Assembly (NCBI GenBank): GCA_963842085.1
Contig: CAWJET010000001.1
Location: 2,112,001 to 2,176,000 of the forward strand
Length of the DNA stretch: 64,000 nt
Reading direction: 5' to 3'
Origin: an uncultured delta proteobacterium
Lineage (GTDB): Bacteria > Desulfobacterota > Binatia > Binatales > Binataceae
Made by a program: the position numbers and the translations under genes. Below the pieces are notes generated by a model. The model saw only the letters and a program-made list of their open reading frames with translations. It did not search any database and was not told the origin of the DNA. The first letter of the stretch is position 1; each line of letters starts with the position of its first letter. Of the stretch, positions 1-14,295 are shown piece by piece.

Positions 1-433
1 TCGGCGCGATCCTGGCCCTGATGATCTGCGGTCAGGATCTAAACGTGATCGCCCTCATCGGTATCATCCTGCTGATAGGTATCGTCAAGAAGAACGCGAT
101 CATGATGATCGACTTTGCGCTTGAAGCTCAGCGCAAGAACGGCAAGCCGCCGCGCGAGGCGATCTTCCAGGCCTGCCTGCTGCGCTTTAGGCCGATCATG
201 ATGACCACGATGGCGGCGCTGCTCGGCGGATTGCCGCTCGCGCTGGGAACGGGCGTCGGCTCCGAGTTGCGCCGCCCGCTCGGCATCGCGATCGTTGGTG
301 GTCTGCTGGTGAGCCAGGTGCTCACGCTTTACACGACGCCGGTGATTTTCCTGACCTTCGACCGCATGGCGGCGCGATTTGCCAAGTGGCGGGCAAAGAA
401 TGTCGTTCCGGAAACCGTTCCGGCTCAAGCCTC

Positions 434-437
<4 letters not shown>
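1..437 (+). CDS. mdtB: RND efflux permease MdtB-like, C-terminal part (5' truncated by window)
   Basis: [15 protein letters not shown]...RFRPIMMTT...[16 protein letters not shown]-terminus; stop overlaps next ATG (ATGA 434-437). Confidence 0.85.
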
Positions 438-3559
<3,122 letters not shown>

Positions 3560-3583
3560 CTAGCGGGTCCATTAGCCAATTCA

Positions 3584-5026
3584 CTAGCTACTTAGTAAGG
3601 ACGGCGGGTGCTTGGTCACCCAGTTGCTTGCTTGATCGTACGCGTGCGCGAGCTGCATGCAGGCCAGCTCGGCATGATTTGGGCCCACAATCTGGATGCC
3701 CATCGGCAGTCCGCGATCGTTGAAGCCGGCCGGCACGCTGAGCGCCGGGCAGCCCGACATCGAGATCGGAATCATCACTTCCATCCAGCGGTGGTAAGTG
3801 TCCATCGAGACGCCGCCGACCTCCTTAGGCCAATGTATCGACGCGTCGAACGGGAAGACCTGGCCGGCGGGCGCGATCATGAAATCGTACTTCTCGAAAA
3901 ATCTGCGCACCGCCTGGTACCACGCCGTGCGCACGACGTTCGCGTCCACGATTTCGAACGCGCTGGCTTTGAGGCCGTTATCGATCTCCCATTGCAGCTC
4001 CGGTTTCATCAACGCGCACTTGGCCGGATCGGCGTAGGGCACGCGAAATTCGGCTGCGATTTGCCAGCCGCGAATCTTCCACCAACTCTGCCATAGGGGC
4101 TCCAGCGGATGATCGGGCGTTGCGGCGTCTACCGCGCATCCGAGCGTCTCGAAGACCTTGAGCGAGCGCTCGCAGAGTTCGAGTACGCCGGGATCGAACG
4201 GAATCTGCCCGCCGAAATCGCCGACCCACCCGAGGCGCGTTCCTTTGAAGTCGCGCTCGAGCGGTCCTGCAAACTCGGCGGGATCCTGGCGAATCGAAAG
4301 CGGCGTACGCGCGTCGTATCCGGCGATCACCGACAGAAACATCGCAAGATCAGGCATTGTCCGCGCCATCGGGCCGTGCACCGAAATCGATGGGATGAAG
4401 ACCTCGTTGAACAGCGACGGCACCCGGCCGAATGAAGTTCGGAACCCGAACACGTTGTTGAACGCGGCCGGATTTCGCAGCGAGCCGCCGTTGTCGCTGC
4501 CGTCGGCCACCGGCGCCATCCTGAGCGCGAGCGCGACGGCCGCGCCGCCGCTGCTGCCGCCGCACGTCTTCGATTGGTCGTAGGCGTTGAGCGTAGTGCC
4601 AAAGACGGGATTGTAGCTTTGCGAGCCCAGACCAAACTCCGGCACATTCGTTTTCCCGATAATGATGGCGCCGGCGCGCCGGATTCGCTCGACCATGATC
4701 GAGTCCTCGCGCGGAACAAAATTCTCGAACAGCGGCGAACCCATCGTGGTGCGGATGCCGCGGGTCGGCTCCAGATCCTTGACCGCATGCGGGAAGCCGT
4801 GCATCCAGCCGAGATGCTCTCCGCGTGCAATTTGCGCGTCGCGCTCAGTGGCTTGCTTGATGAGATCCTCGCGCGGCTGAAGCGAGACGATCGCATTGAC
4901 GCGCGGGTTCACGCGCTCGACGTGCTCGAGGTACGCGTCCATCACTTCGACGCACGAGACCTGCTTCCTCTTGATCGCGCGCGAAAGCGCGACCGCGTCG
5001 AGCATTACGATTTCCGGCGTGCTCAC
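3584..5026 (-). CDS. Amidase (amidase-signature family)
   Basis: GGSSGGAAVA and GSDNGGSLRNPAA signature; GTG at 5026 overlaps upstream stop (alternative start 5068). Confidence 0.9.
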   Translation of the reverse strand: MSTPEIVMLDAVALSRAIKRKQVSCVEVMDAYLEHVERVNPRVNAIVSLQPREDLIKQATERDAQIARGEHLGWMHGFPHAVKDLEPTRGIRTTMGSPLFENFVPREDSIMVERIRRAGAIIIGKTNVPEFGLGSQSYNPVFGTTLNAYDQSKTCGGSSGGAAVALALRMAPVADGSDNGGSLRNPAAFNNVFGFRTSFGRVPSLFNEVFIPSISVHGPMARTMPDLAMFLSVIAGYDARTPLSIRQDPAEFAGPLERDFKGTRLGWVGDFGGQIPFDPGVLELCERSLKVFETLGCAVDAATPDHPLEPLWQSWWKIRGWQIAAEFRVPYADPAKCALMKPELQWEIDNGLKASAFEIVDANVVRTAWYQAVRRFFEKYDFMIAPAGQVFPFDASIHWPKEVGGVSMDTYHRWMEVMIPISMSGCPALSVPAGFNDRGLPMGIQIVGPNHAELACMQLAHAYDQASNWVTKHPPSLLSS

Positions 5027-6096
5027 GATTTCGTTTTGGCGGTCTCGCACTTCTGCGCGACGTCCCATCCAATCCTGGCCGTCAGTTTCGCCCTGGAGCC
5101 CCGTAATTCTGCGTCGGGACCGCTGGCGTTACCGAGTTTCGCGCGCATCGCAATTCCCTGCGAGATCGCGGCGCCGCGAAAAAACGAGAACGCGACGAAG
5201 AACATCAAATTGGGGGCGCTGGCGCGGCCGACGCGGCGGCAGTATGCGGCGATGAATTCTTTCTCGCTCGGAATTCCATGCGCCTTCAGGTCGATGCCTT
5301 GAAAACTCAACACGCCGTCGATGCCGGGCGGGCAATGATAAGCGCGGCAAGCCCACGCCAGGTCGCCCAGCGGATGCCCGAGCGTCGACAGCTCCCAGTC
5401 AAGCACCGCGACCACGCGCGGCTCGACTGGATGAAACACGATGTTCTCCATGCGGTAGTCGCCGTGCGCGATCGTCGTCTCGTCGGCCGCGGGGATATTG
5501 CGCCCGAGCCATTCGATCAGCCGATCCATCTCGGGAATCTCGTCGATTTTCGAGGCTTCGTACTGCTTGGACCAGCGCGCAAGCTGACGCGCGACGTACG
5601 CTTCGGGCCGGCCGTAGTCGCCCAGGCCCACCGCGCGAAAGTCGACCTTGTGCAGCCGCGCGAGCACGTCGTTCATCGAGTCGTAGCACGCCGAGCGCTC
5701 TTGCGGGCTCGAGTCGGGCATCATCGGATCGCGCATGATGCGCCCCTCGACAAAGTCCATCACGAAGAATGCGGTGCCGATAACGCCGGCGTCCGCGCAC
5801 AGCAGGTGCACGCGCGGGACCGGCACATCGGTCGCCGCCAGCGCCTTGATGATTCGAAATTCGCGTTCGACCTGATGAGCAGACGGGAGCAGCGTGCCCG
5901 GCGGTTTCTTGCGCATCACGAAGCGCGCGTCCGGCGTCTCGAGCAGGAAGGTGGGATTCGACTGTCCGCCGACGAACTGTCGAACCGCAAGCGGGCCGCG
6001 AAAATCTGCCATCCGCTCGCTCAGATAGCGTTCGAGACGGGCTTCATCGAAACGATGATTGGGGCGGACCGCTGTAACATCGTCCTCGAGAGGCAT
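5023..6096 (-). CDS. Phosphotransferase (APH/ACAD10-like kinase) family protein
   Basis: GGQSNPTF, HGDYRMEN, LDWELSTLGHPLGDLA; start chosen at MPLEDD (6096). Confidence 0.88.
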   Translation of the reverse strand: MPLEDDVTAVRPNHRFDEARLERYLSERMADFRGPLAVRQFVGGQSNPTFLLETPDARFVMRKKPPGTLLPSAHQVEREFRIIKALAATDVPVPRVHLLCADAGVIGTAFFVMDFVEGRIMRDPMMPDSSPQERSACYDSMNDVLARLHKVDFRAVGLGDYGRPEAYVARQLARWSKQYEASKIDEIPEMDRLIEWLGRNIPAADETTIAHGDYRMENIVFHPVEPRVVAVLDWELSTLGHPLGDLAWACRAYHCPPGIDGVLSFQGIDLKAHGIPSEKEFIAAYCRRVGRASAPNLMFFVAFSFFRGAAISQGIAMRAKLGNASGPDAELRGSRAKLTARIGWDVAQKCETAKTKS

Positions 6097-6533
6097 CAGT
6101 TCGCGCTCCCGGTCGTCTGAGGTTCCAGCACGCAGCTCTGGATCTCGGTCTGCGCCTTGTCGGTATCGACTGGATTGAGATGCGGTGTGGCCGTCAGGAC
6201 ACCCCATCCAAGTTCCTCTCGTACGTAGTAGGATCGCCGCTCGGTTTGGAATTCGACTTCGTCGGCGGTGTCGGTCTGGATGCTGCAAACGACCTTCTCG
6301 CCGGCCGGAACGATGTAGGCATGATAGCCGCCCGGACCGATCCGCGCTGTGTCCTCGCCGCATGTAACCGCCGGGCGAAGCGCCGATCCCGCGTAACTGT
6401 AAGGCCGGTAAACGTAAATCACCGCGGTGCCCGGAGGTGACGTGATTTTTTCAAATGATTGTCCCTGGGCGGCGCATCCGATTGCGACGGTGCCGACGAT
6501 GCCGAGCAAGAATACCAGAAGCCGGCGATTCAT
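6096..6533 (-). CDS. Lipoprotein, DUF2846-like
   Basis: Lipobox AIGC, AVIYVYRP motif; overlaps both neighbours (translational coupling). Confidence 0.7.
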   Translation of the reverse strand: MNRRLLVFLLGIVGTVAIGCAAQGQSFEKITSPPGTAVIYVYRPYSYAGSALRPAVTCGEDTARIGPGGYHAYIVPAGEKVVCSIQTDTADEVEFQTERRSYYVREELGWGVLTATPHLNPVDTDKAQTEIQSCVLEPQTTGSAN

Positions 6534-7129
6534 TGGCCAACTGAAACTGTTGGAGACTTGGCCGCGCTGGCGACGGCCTGCGCCAACCTGGCCTCATCGC
6601 GATAGAGCTTTTGATCGATCCTTTGCCTGACAGCGGCGCGAGCAGCGTCGTCCACCTCCTTGTGGGTGGGCTGCGAGTACATGTTGTACGACTTGGAGAC
6701 GTGCTCCTTGGCAGTGTAGTCGCCGAGTATGGTGTCGCCGGCACTGATCGACAACGACGCAAATGCAGTGGTCCCAATATCGCCGAGCGGAGCACCTACC
6801 AGGTTGGCCGGATCGAGAGCACTGACAATCAGCGGGACGTGATAGTCGTCGTGGGTCAGTTCCTCGCGATAGGTGAATGTCACCGGGGCAGTGTCCGACA
6901 GCGACATCGCGACCGCTGGTGGCAGTTCAGCCGGGTCGCCGGAAAGCAACTTGCCCTTGAATGGCAACGGATGGGCAGGCACGTCGACGACCTTGGGCGC
7001 GATGACAAGTTGCGATTGCGGTTGAGACCCACCGGCCGGTTGCGCTTGCGATTGAGCCGGTTGCTGTGCGCTGCATCCGAACGCGGCGGTCGCGGCAAAA
7101 AGCGTCGCTAGAGCAAGTATATGTCTCAT
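6530..7129 (-). CDS. Hypothetical lipoprotein
   Basis: MRHILALATLFAATAAFGC lipobox; coupled to downstream lipoprotein. Confidence 0.7.
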   Translation of the reverse strand: MRHILALATLFAATAAFGCSAQQPAQSQAQPAGGSQPQSQLVIAPKVVDVPAHPLPFKGKLLSGDPAELPPAVAMSLSDTAPVTFTYREELTHDDYHVPLIVSALDPANLVGAPLGDIGTTAFASLSISAGDTILGDYTAKEHVSKSYNMYSQPTHKEVDDAARAAVRQRIDQKLYRDEARLAQAVASAAKSPTVSVGQ

Positions 7130-7210
7130 GACCTGGCGGCGTCGCGAGCCGGGTATTAAGGACTCACAACCTCGAAACGCCATGCGTCAATAGTATCAGA
7201 AAATTTTGCG

Positions 7211-7840
7211 CTACTTTATGATGCCGCTGGCGACGTAAACGGTGCCGCCGAGCATCTGCTCTACCTTAAGGTCTGACAGCATCGGCTCGAGATGGCTCCA
7301 CGGGTGCGCGAGGCCCTCGAGCGTGCTGGTGGATCGCAAGGCGGCGTTCCACACGAACAGGTTCAGCGGCATCGTTCGGAGGGGAGCCCACTTGAGGCCG
7401 GCCGCGACGACTCGCGCGCCCGGTTTGAGGTGGCTGCGGACGTTGGCGAGCGCGCGCGGCGTGCGCATTATGTCGTGCGTGAAATGAAACAGCGCAGCGT
7501 CGGCGGCGAACGGTATAGCTGCTTCCTCGACCGAGGCCGAGATGAGCGTGACGTTCTTCCAGTTGTTCTCAGCCGCCCGCGCGCGCGCCCGCTCGAGCAT
7601 CTCGGGGCTCTGTTCGATTCCAACGAGCGAGCCTTCCGGCCCGACCAGGCCTTCCAGGGCCGAAAAACTCAGCCCGGTGCCACAGCCGACATCCAGCACC
7701 CGGTAGCCTTTTTTCAGACCCAGCAGATCGATAGTGCGTTGCCGAAGGGGTTCGAACAACAAGAGCTCGAGATCGTAGATGCGCGCGCGCGAGCGATACT
7801 GGCGCAGCGCCGTGGAGCGGTTCGGCGTCAGCCAGCGCAT
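7211..7840 (-). CDS. Class I SAM-dependent methyltransferase
   Basis: VLDVGCGTG motif I, SPEMLERAR; start 7840 or 7885. Confidence 0.85.
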   Translation of the reverse strand: MRWLTPNRSTALRQYRSRARIYDLELLLFEPLRQRTIDLLGLKKGYRVLDVGCGTGLSFSALEGLVGPEGSLVGIEQSPEMLERARARAAENNWKNVTLISASVEEAAIPFAADAALFHFTHDIMRTPRALANVRSHLKPGARVVAAGLKWAPLRTMPLNLFVWNAALRSTSTLEGLAHPWSHLEPMLSDLKVEQMLGGTVYVASGIIK

Positions 7841-8114
7841 GAGCCGTTGAAACGGTTGCGAGCGGTCGTCGGGAGGGCGGTCCACGTTCGATGCCTCGCA
7901 TTAGGGAGTATCACGAAAGCGCGCCAACGTCCTGCGCACGGCGGGGTCTCCGCTCCGGTCGGAGATGACGAAAACTCAAGCGTTAAACGGGGTTGAACCT
8001 GGTCGGCTTTGCGAGATTCGCTCGCGATTACCCAAAACGTATGATTGGCGCTCAAGCGGACGGCTTGTCTGGATGGATACGCCGGCTGCAGCCCAATTTT
8101 GAGGGAGTTAGACG

Positions 8115-8510
8115 ATGTTCGTAGTCGGGGACCGGATGACGCGAAAAGTCGTAACTGTGAAGCCGACCGATACACTGGCTGCCGCGGCAGCCAAGATGAA
8201 GGCGGGAAAATTTCGCCGGACTCCGGTCGTCGAGGCAAATAAACTGGTCGGAATCGTGAGTGAATTTGACCTGAAGCGCTACGCGGACGCGCTCGACTCG
8301 ACGCTGGTCGAATCCGCGATGACGCGCGACCCGATCACCGTGATGCCCTCGGAAACTCCGGAACACGCGGCCGCCCTGATGCGCCAGCATGAGGTCGGTG
8401 CCCTGCCGGTTATCCACGGAGGCAGGCTCGCCGGCATTGTGACCGCAAAAGACCTTGCGATGCCCGAGCCGCGGCCGATGCCTGAATGGGATCCGCGCAA
8501 GCGCCGCTGA
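8115..8510 (+). CDS. CBS-domain pair protein
   Basis: Two CBS repeats (MTRKVVTV...LVGIVS; MTRDPITV...LAGIVT), GGGAG RBS. Confidence 0.9.
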   Translation: MFVVGDRMTRKVVTVKPTDTLAAAAAKMKAGKFRRTPVVEANKLVGIVSEFDLKRYADALDSTLVESAMTRDPITVMPSETPEHAAALMRQHEVGALPVIHGGRLAGIVTAKDLAMPEPRPMPEWDPRKRR

Positions 8511-8722
8511 AGAGGACACCGCGAACGATGCGAGCCTAACTAATCCCTGGCCCCTTCCCAAGCGGCAAGATGCGAAATCGGGTTTATCCTTAGGCAATTC
8601 TACGCTAGCGTGGCGATCTGCCAGTTAATGGCCGTTTGTACAGACTGGCATGATTAAATGCTGCGTGTTACAAGACGGGGCAGTCCTTCGTCGCATCGTT
8701 GAACGACGCTGGATAGTGGGTT

Positions 8723-11700
8723 ATGGGGAATCGCATTCGGGTTATAGCGATTGCGCTGGCAATTGGCGGGTTGACTGTGTGCATTCTGCCGATCTCGGCG
8801 CGCCCCCTTGCCGGCGCAGCGTCCGCGCCAGCTCAAATTACAGAGCCGATTAACGACAACGACGTTATCCCGGTCCCGGGGAATGTCCCTCCCGAGGCGA
8901 CGGCCGCGAACGATCGCGGTCGGGTGGCCGACGATTTCCCGCTGGACCATCTGCTTCTCCAACTGCGGCGCTCGCCACAACGCGAGCGCGAACTGGAGCA
9001 ATTGCTTGGCGAGCTCGAGGATCCAAATTCGCCGAATTACCACCATTGGCTGACCGCGCAGGATTTCGGAAGTCGTTTCGGCGCAAGCACGCTGGATATC
9101 GACACGATTACCGCGTGGCTTCGAGCACATGGATTCGGGTGAATTACGTCTATCCGAGCGGAATGTTGATCGATTTTTCGGGGAACGCCGGATCGATACG
9201 CCAGGCTTTCCACACCAAGATTCATATGTTGTCCGTAAACGGCAAGAGTCATTTCGCCAATATGAGCGATCCCAATATTCCGGCTGCGCTCGCGCCAGCG
9301 CTGGCAGGGGTAGTGTCGCTCAACGATTTCCGGCCGCACCCGATGTATCGGCGGCGCACGGACTACACGACCAGCAGCGGCTACCAGCTGGTGGTGCCCG
9401 CCGACCTGGCGACCATCTATGACTTCAATCCGCTATTCGCCGCGGGATATTCGGGCCAGGGACAGACAATCGTAACGGTCGAGGACACCAACCTTTACAC
9501 TACTGCAGACTGGACAACGTTCCGCAGCGACTTCGGCCTTAGCACCGCATATCCGTCCGCCACCTTGACGCAGATTCATCCCGCGCCCGGGACCGGAGGC
9601 ACCTGCACCAATCCTGGAGTCAATGGCGATGACGGCGAAGCTGCAATTGATGTCGAGTGGGCGAGCGCGGCGGCGCCCAACGCCGCGATCGAGCTGGCGT
9701 CATGCGCAGATACGAGCACGAACTTTGGCGGCTTCATCGCGTTGCAAAATCTGCTCAGCGAGTCCGGCACGCCGCCTGCGATCGTGAGCATCAGCTACGG
9801 CGAGGCCGAGGCGGAGCTGGGCGCAACCACCAACCTGTACATTAGCGGACTGTATCAGCAGGCGGTCGCCGAGGGCGTGTCAGTATTCGTGTCGTCGGGC
9901 GACGAGTGCGCGGCCAGCGCTGACGCGGACGCGTCGGTGGCGACGCACGGCATCGCAGTCAGCGGATTCACGTCCACGCCGTATAACGTGTCGGTGGGCG
10001 GCACGGATTTCGGCGACGCTTACGCGGGTACGGCAAATAGCTATTGGAGTTCGAAGAACGGTTCTACATACGGATCGGCGCTGTCCTATGTTCCAGAAAT
10101 CCCCTGGAATGACTCGTGCGCGAGCGAGCTGATCGCCGACTACCTTTTTGTCAACGACGATATTGGTGACGGTTTCACTTATGGCTCAAGCGGCTTGTGC
10201 AACACTTCGACCGGCAAAGACGATTTCCTGACCACCGCCTCTGGGAGCGGAGGACCGAGCGGATGCGCCACCGGAGCACCTTCCACCCAATATGTCGTAA
10301 GCGGAAGCTGCGCCGGTTACCCCAAACCCACGTGGCAATCGATTTTTGGCAATCCCGCCGATGGAGTGAGAGACATTCCTGACGTGTCTCTGTTCGCGGC
10401 GAACGGAATATGGGGGCACTACTACGTGGTCTGCTATTCGGATACGAGATATGGGGGCGCGTCGTGCTCGGGAGCGCCCGATACCTGGGCCGGATTCGGT
10501 GGGACGTCGATTTCGTCGCCGATCATGGCGGGAATACAGGCGCTCATCAATCAGCGAACCGCCAGCCGTAATGGAAACCCGAATCCAACCTACTATTCGC
10601 TCGCCGCTGCCGAGTATGGAGTCAGTGGCGATTCTGCCTGCAATTCGAGCCTGGGGAACGCGGTCGATCCATCGTGCATCTTCTATGACGTCACGCTCGG
10701 TGACATGGACGTCGATTGCACGGGCAATAACAACTGCTACACACCGTCGGGCACCTACGGAGTCTTGTCAACGTCCAATTCCGAGCTTCAGACCGCGTAC
10801 GGGGCCGGGCTCGGCTGGGACTTTGCCACCGGAATCGGCACTGTCAACGCGAATAATTTGGTGATGGCATTTGGCTCGCCGGTAGCCACCACAACTCCAA
10901 CGGCGACCTCGAGCCGGACGCCGACGGCCACTCCGACCGCGACCGCAACAGCAACGGCTACGCGGAGCGCGACGGCGACGCCGACGAAGACTGCGACGGC
11001 GACCTCGACGCGTACTGCCACGGCGACAGCGACCTCGACGCCTACTGCCACGGCGACAGCTACTGCAACTCCGACCGCATCGTCAACGGCAACACCGACT
11101 GCGACCGCAACCCAAACCGCCACGGTAACCGCGACTCGCACTGCCACCGCGACGGCGACGCCGACGAAGACTGCGACGGCGACTGCGACACAAACTGCAA
11201 CCGCGACCGCGACCGCAACTCCGACATCGACCGCGACGCCGACCGCCACGGCTACATCGACGGCGACTTCGACTGCCACCGTGACGGCAACTCAGACGGC
11301 GACATCGACGGCCACGGCAACTTCAACGCCTACCCCAACCGCGACTGCGACGACGACCGCAACGACGACCGCAACGTCGACCGCAACGACAACCGCAACT
11401 GCGACGGCAACTCCGACTGCGACAGGTACTGTCACACCGACTGCGACCGCAACTCCGACCTCGACATCAAGTGCGACGCCGACCGCCACGGCTACATCAA
11501 CAGCGACTTCAACTCCCACCGTGACGGCAACGGCGACCGCAACTCAGACCTCGACACCGACGGCCACGGCAACGTCGACGCCTACCGCGACCCGCACCGC
11601 GACAGCCACGCCGACCGCAACTTCGACCGCGACAGCTACGGCAACTCCGACTGCTACGGCCACTCAGACTGCGACCGCAACCGCGACGAGTACCCCGACC

Positions 11701-12737
11701 GCGACGGCTACTGCCACGGCGACTTCAACTGCAACCGCGACTGCGACCTCGACCGCAACTGCCACGCCGACCGCGACGCCGACTACCACAATGTCGGTGA
11801 CCTCCTCGCTGTCATCCGGCAAGGTTGCCGTTGGCCAGACGGTTACCAAGACTCTGACGGTCAAAAACACCGGGGCGGCGCATTCGCTGGTCATCTCAAA
11901 TGCGGTATCGTCCGACCCGGCGGAATTTGCCCTAAGCGACACGGGGACATGCGGTGCAATTCCGGTGACGGTCGCACCCAAAGGTTCATGCCGGCTTGCG
12001 GTCGCATTTACGCCGAACGCGGTCGGCGCGCGTAGCGCATCGCTGAAGTTTTTCGACAACGCCACCAACAGCCCGCAGCAGTCGGCGGTCAGCGGCACCG
12101 GCACCGCGGCTCTGGCGATTTCCAAGAGCAGCCTGGCGTTCGGGAGCGTAAAATTCGGTGCCAAGGCGCAGCAGTCATTCAAGGTGACCAATCATCGGAC
12201 ACAGCCGCTGACTCTCGGCGAAAACTTCAGCGGAACGAACGCCGCCGACTTCTCGATAACCGGCGGTACCTGCCGCACGACTCTCGCAGCCAAGAGCGCG
12301 TGTTCGATCGTCGTGACATTCACGCCGGGCGCGCCGGGAACAGAATCGGCGACGCTGTCGCTCTCTGACAGTCCCGACCCACTGAGCCCGCACACGGTCG
12401 CGCTGAGCACCGCGCCGACCATCCCCGCGACGGTACTCCGTCCTCGCTGGCGTTCGGCAAGGTGAAGACAATGTCGAAGACCGAGAACGTGACGCTCACC
12501 AACCTGTCGGGGACTCCGTTACCCATGAGCGAAAGTTTCAGCGGCGCGGTCGCGAGCGATTTTGCAGCGACGGGCAGCACGTGCGCGACAACCGCGGCAG
12601 CAAATTCGACGTGCACGATCGCGGTGATGTTCACGCCAACTCGCCGCGGAAAGGCGGAGCGTGCGAGCATGGCGGTGAGCCTCGGCAGCGATCCGGCCAG
12701 CCCGCATAACATCACCCTGACAGGAACCGGGCCTTGA
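8723..12737 (+). CDS. Secreted S53 (sedolisin/kumamolisin) peptidase with pro-domain, Thr-rich linker and three Ig-like (choice-of-anchor D/ASH) domains; two frameshifts (~9138, ~12437)
   Basis: Pro-domain (DPNSPNYHHWLT) in ORF 8723-9142; EAAID, SSGD, GGTS catalytic motifs in ORF 9046-12465; third Ig domain in ORF 12462-12737. Confidence 0.85.
10885..11790 (+). repeat. Low-complexity Thr/Ala/Pro coding repeat (TATATPTAT)n
   Basis: ~300 codons of degenerate acn/gcn/ccn repeats within the S53 gene. Confidence 0.95.
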
Positions 12738-12796
12738 CCTGAGCCCTTGCGTCTTCAGACTGTGCAGGTTGTTCTGGCGGAGGGGGGAGGGAGTCG
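12675..12796. repeat. Direct repeat copy 1 (att): tRNA-Sec 3' 22 nt plus ~100 bp downstream including the S53 3' end
   Basis: Matches 14774-14895 at offset 2099 with 2 mismatches. Confidence 0.95.
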
Positions 12797-13758
12797 GTCC
12801 CACCAGCCGAAAAAACATCAACGAAATCAAGGGAGCGGTGTCGCCAGAAAGGGCGAAAATCAGCTCCTGCAGTTGGCACTTTTGTGGCACTCGGCCGGAC
12901 GACCGTCCGTCCGGGTTTTGCTCGCCAAGCTGACCTGCGGAGAAACGCTCCGCGGGAAACTGGAAGATCGAAGCGCCCGCCGCTGACAACCAGAGCGGCA
13001 TAAGCATCGAGGCCGTAGGTGGCCTTAGCAGGGCAGCTCGGCGCGGGAACCCACCCGCATCGGCCGAGCCGTGCTTCGAAAGAGCGATCCCGTAACCGAT
13101 TGGCTCCCCGCTCTCGCTGCCAGCCGCGCCAGGCGCGTGCCGCGGCGCGGCCTTTCTAGCTTCTTCGAGGCGCTCGAACTCGAGGCGATGTTCGTGCGCG
13201 TCCGTCGCTACGGGAAGGATGACGCGCGCGTCTGGTTTCTGTTCGCAATAAACCCTGAAAGGTTCGCTGAGCTTCCAGCAGCTGATGCTGGCGCGTGCGC
13301 CGGAGAACTCGAAGGCGGAGAAAGTACAAGTGGGCTAGAACCCAGTCCGCGCGGAGAGCCGAGACGGAAGTGACGACGCGACGGAAGTAAGGGGCTCCGC
13401 ATGGCGTTCAGCGCGCAACGTATAGCGCGCTCGGCCGGTCGTAGGGCCGAGGCAGCAATTAGCGGCCGCTAGGCAGCGGCGTGAAACCATGCGAAGGGCA
13501 CCGCGGAGCCTCCGCGCAAAGCCACGGGCGCGAGCAACGTGCTCTAGTCCGCTTACCCGCGGACATGCTCTCACGACTCGCAGCAGAACTCGACGGCGAA
13601 TCGCCGGGCCGTGGATCGAGAGTCTCTTTAGCTGGAGGCCTGCCCAGTTGCGATAGGTGCGCTCAAGAATCGGGCTCGCGGCAAGCGCCTCGCGCGAGGA
13701 TTCGGTTGAGAGAGAGAATAGTCGCGCGAGCGAAGCGAGCGCCTACCAAAAAACGTGG

Positions 13759-14295
13759 CTAGATCTCTTTCAGTTTAGCTATGAATCTCGAAGCTAGAGA
13801 GATGTATTCCTCGGCCTCTTTCTGAGTGATTTGCGAAGCTCCGTGCACGGCCACGTTTCTAAGCTGGCGCAGCTGTGCGAACAGCCGATAGTCATTGTCG
13901 CTCAAGTGTTCCGAAAGACTTAACATCCGGGCGATGGCGATTGGCCGCGCTTCGGCGATTACATTACCAACTCCATGTAACTCTCGTCGCTCCGCGAGTT
14001 CCAACAAGGCCTTTTCGATATCGCTCCAAGCTCCAATGATGGCGGCGACCGGATTCGAGGAAGCGATCTGTACTAACCCGCCTTTGGGTTCGGCGACTTT
14101 TGGGAGTCCCACAGCCAACGGTTCGGTTGCTTTCAGTTCTCTATCGAAGTCGAGGATTAGGTCTTTCCAGCTTGCACGTCGAATCCTGTCGATTAACTCG
14201 GACAATGGCTTTCTGAAGAGAACAGCGACAACGACCACTCCGCCGGGCCACGCCAGCGCTTTGATACTCTCTGCTGTGAAGGTGAGCCAATCCAT
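13759..14295 (-). CDS. Membrane-anchored protein with HEPN-like RxxxxH motif
   Basis: 178 aa from MDWLTF; TM segment ALAWPGGVVVVAVLF; C-terminal LRQLRNVAVH. Confidence 0.75.
   Translation of the reverse strand: MDWLTFTAESIKALAWPGGVVVVAVLFRKPLSELIDRIRRASWKDLILDFDRELKATEPLAVGLPKVAEPKGGLVQIASSNPVAAIIGAWSDIEKALLELAERRELHGVGNVIAEARPIAIARMLSLSEHLSDNDYRLFAQLRQLRNVAVHGASQITQKEAEEYISLASRFIAKLKEI

Noticed and set aside
9140-9142. TGA in the S53 gene as possible selenocysteine recoding, given the nearby tRNA-Sec
   Set aside because: Homology continues in a different frame, so it is an indel rather than read-through
10788-12191. Val/Ala-repeat ORFs on the minus strand
   Set aside because: Antisense shadows of the Thr/Ala linker
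12775-12796. Second tRNA-Sec
   Set aside because: Only the 3' 22 nt are present; it is an att fragment
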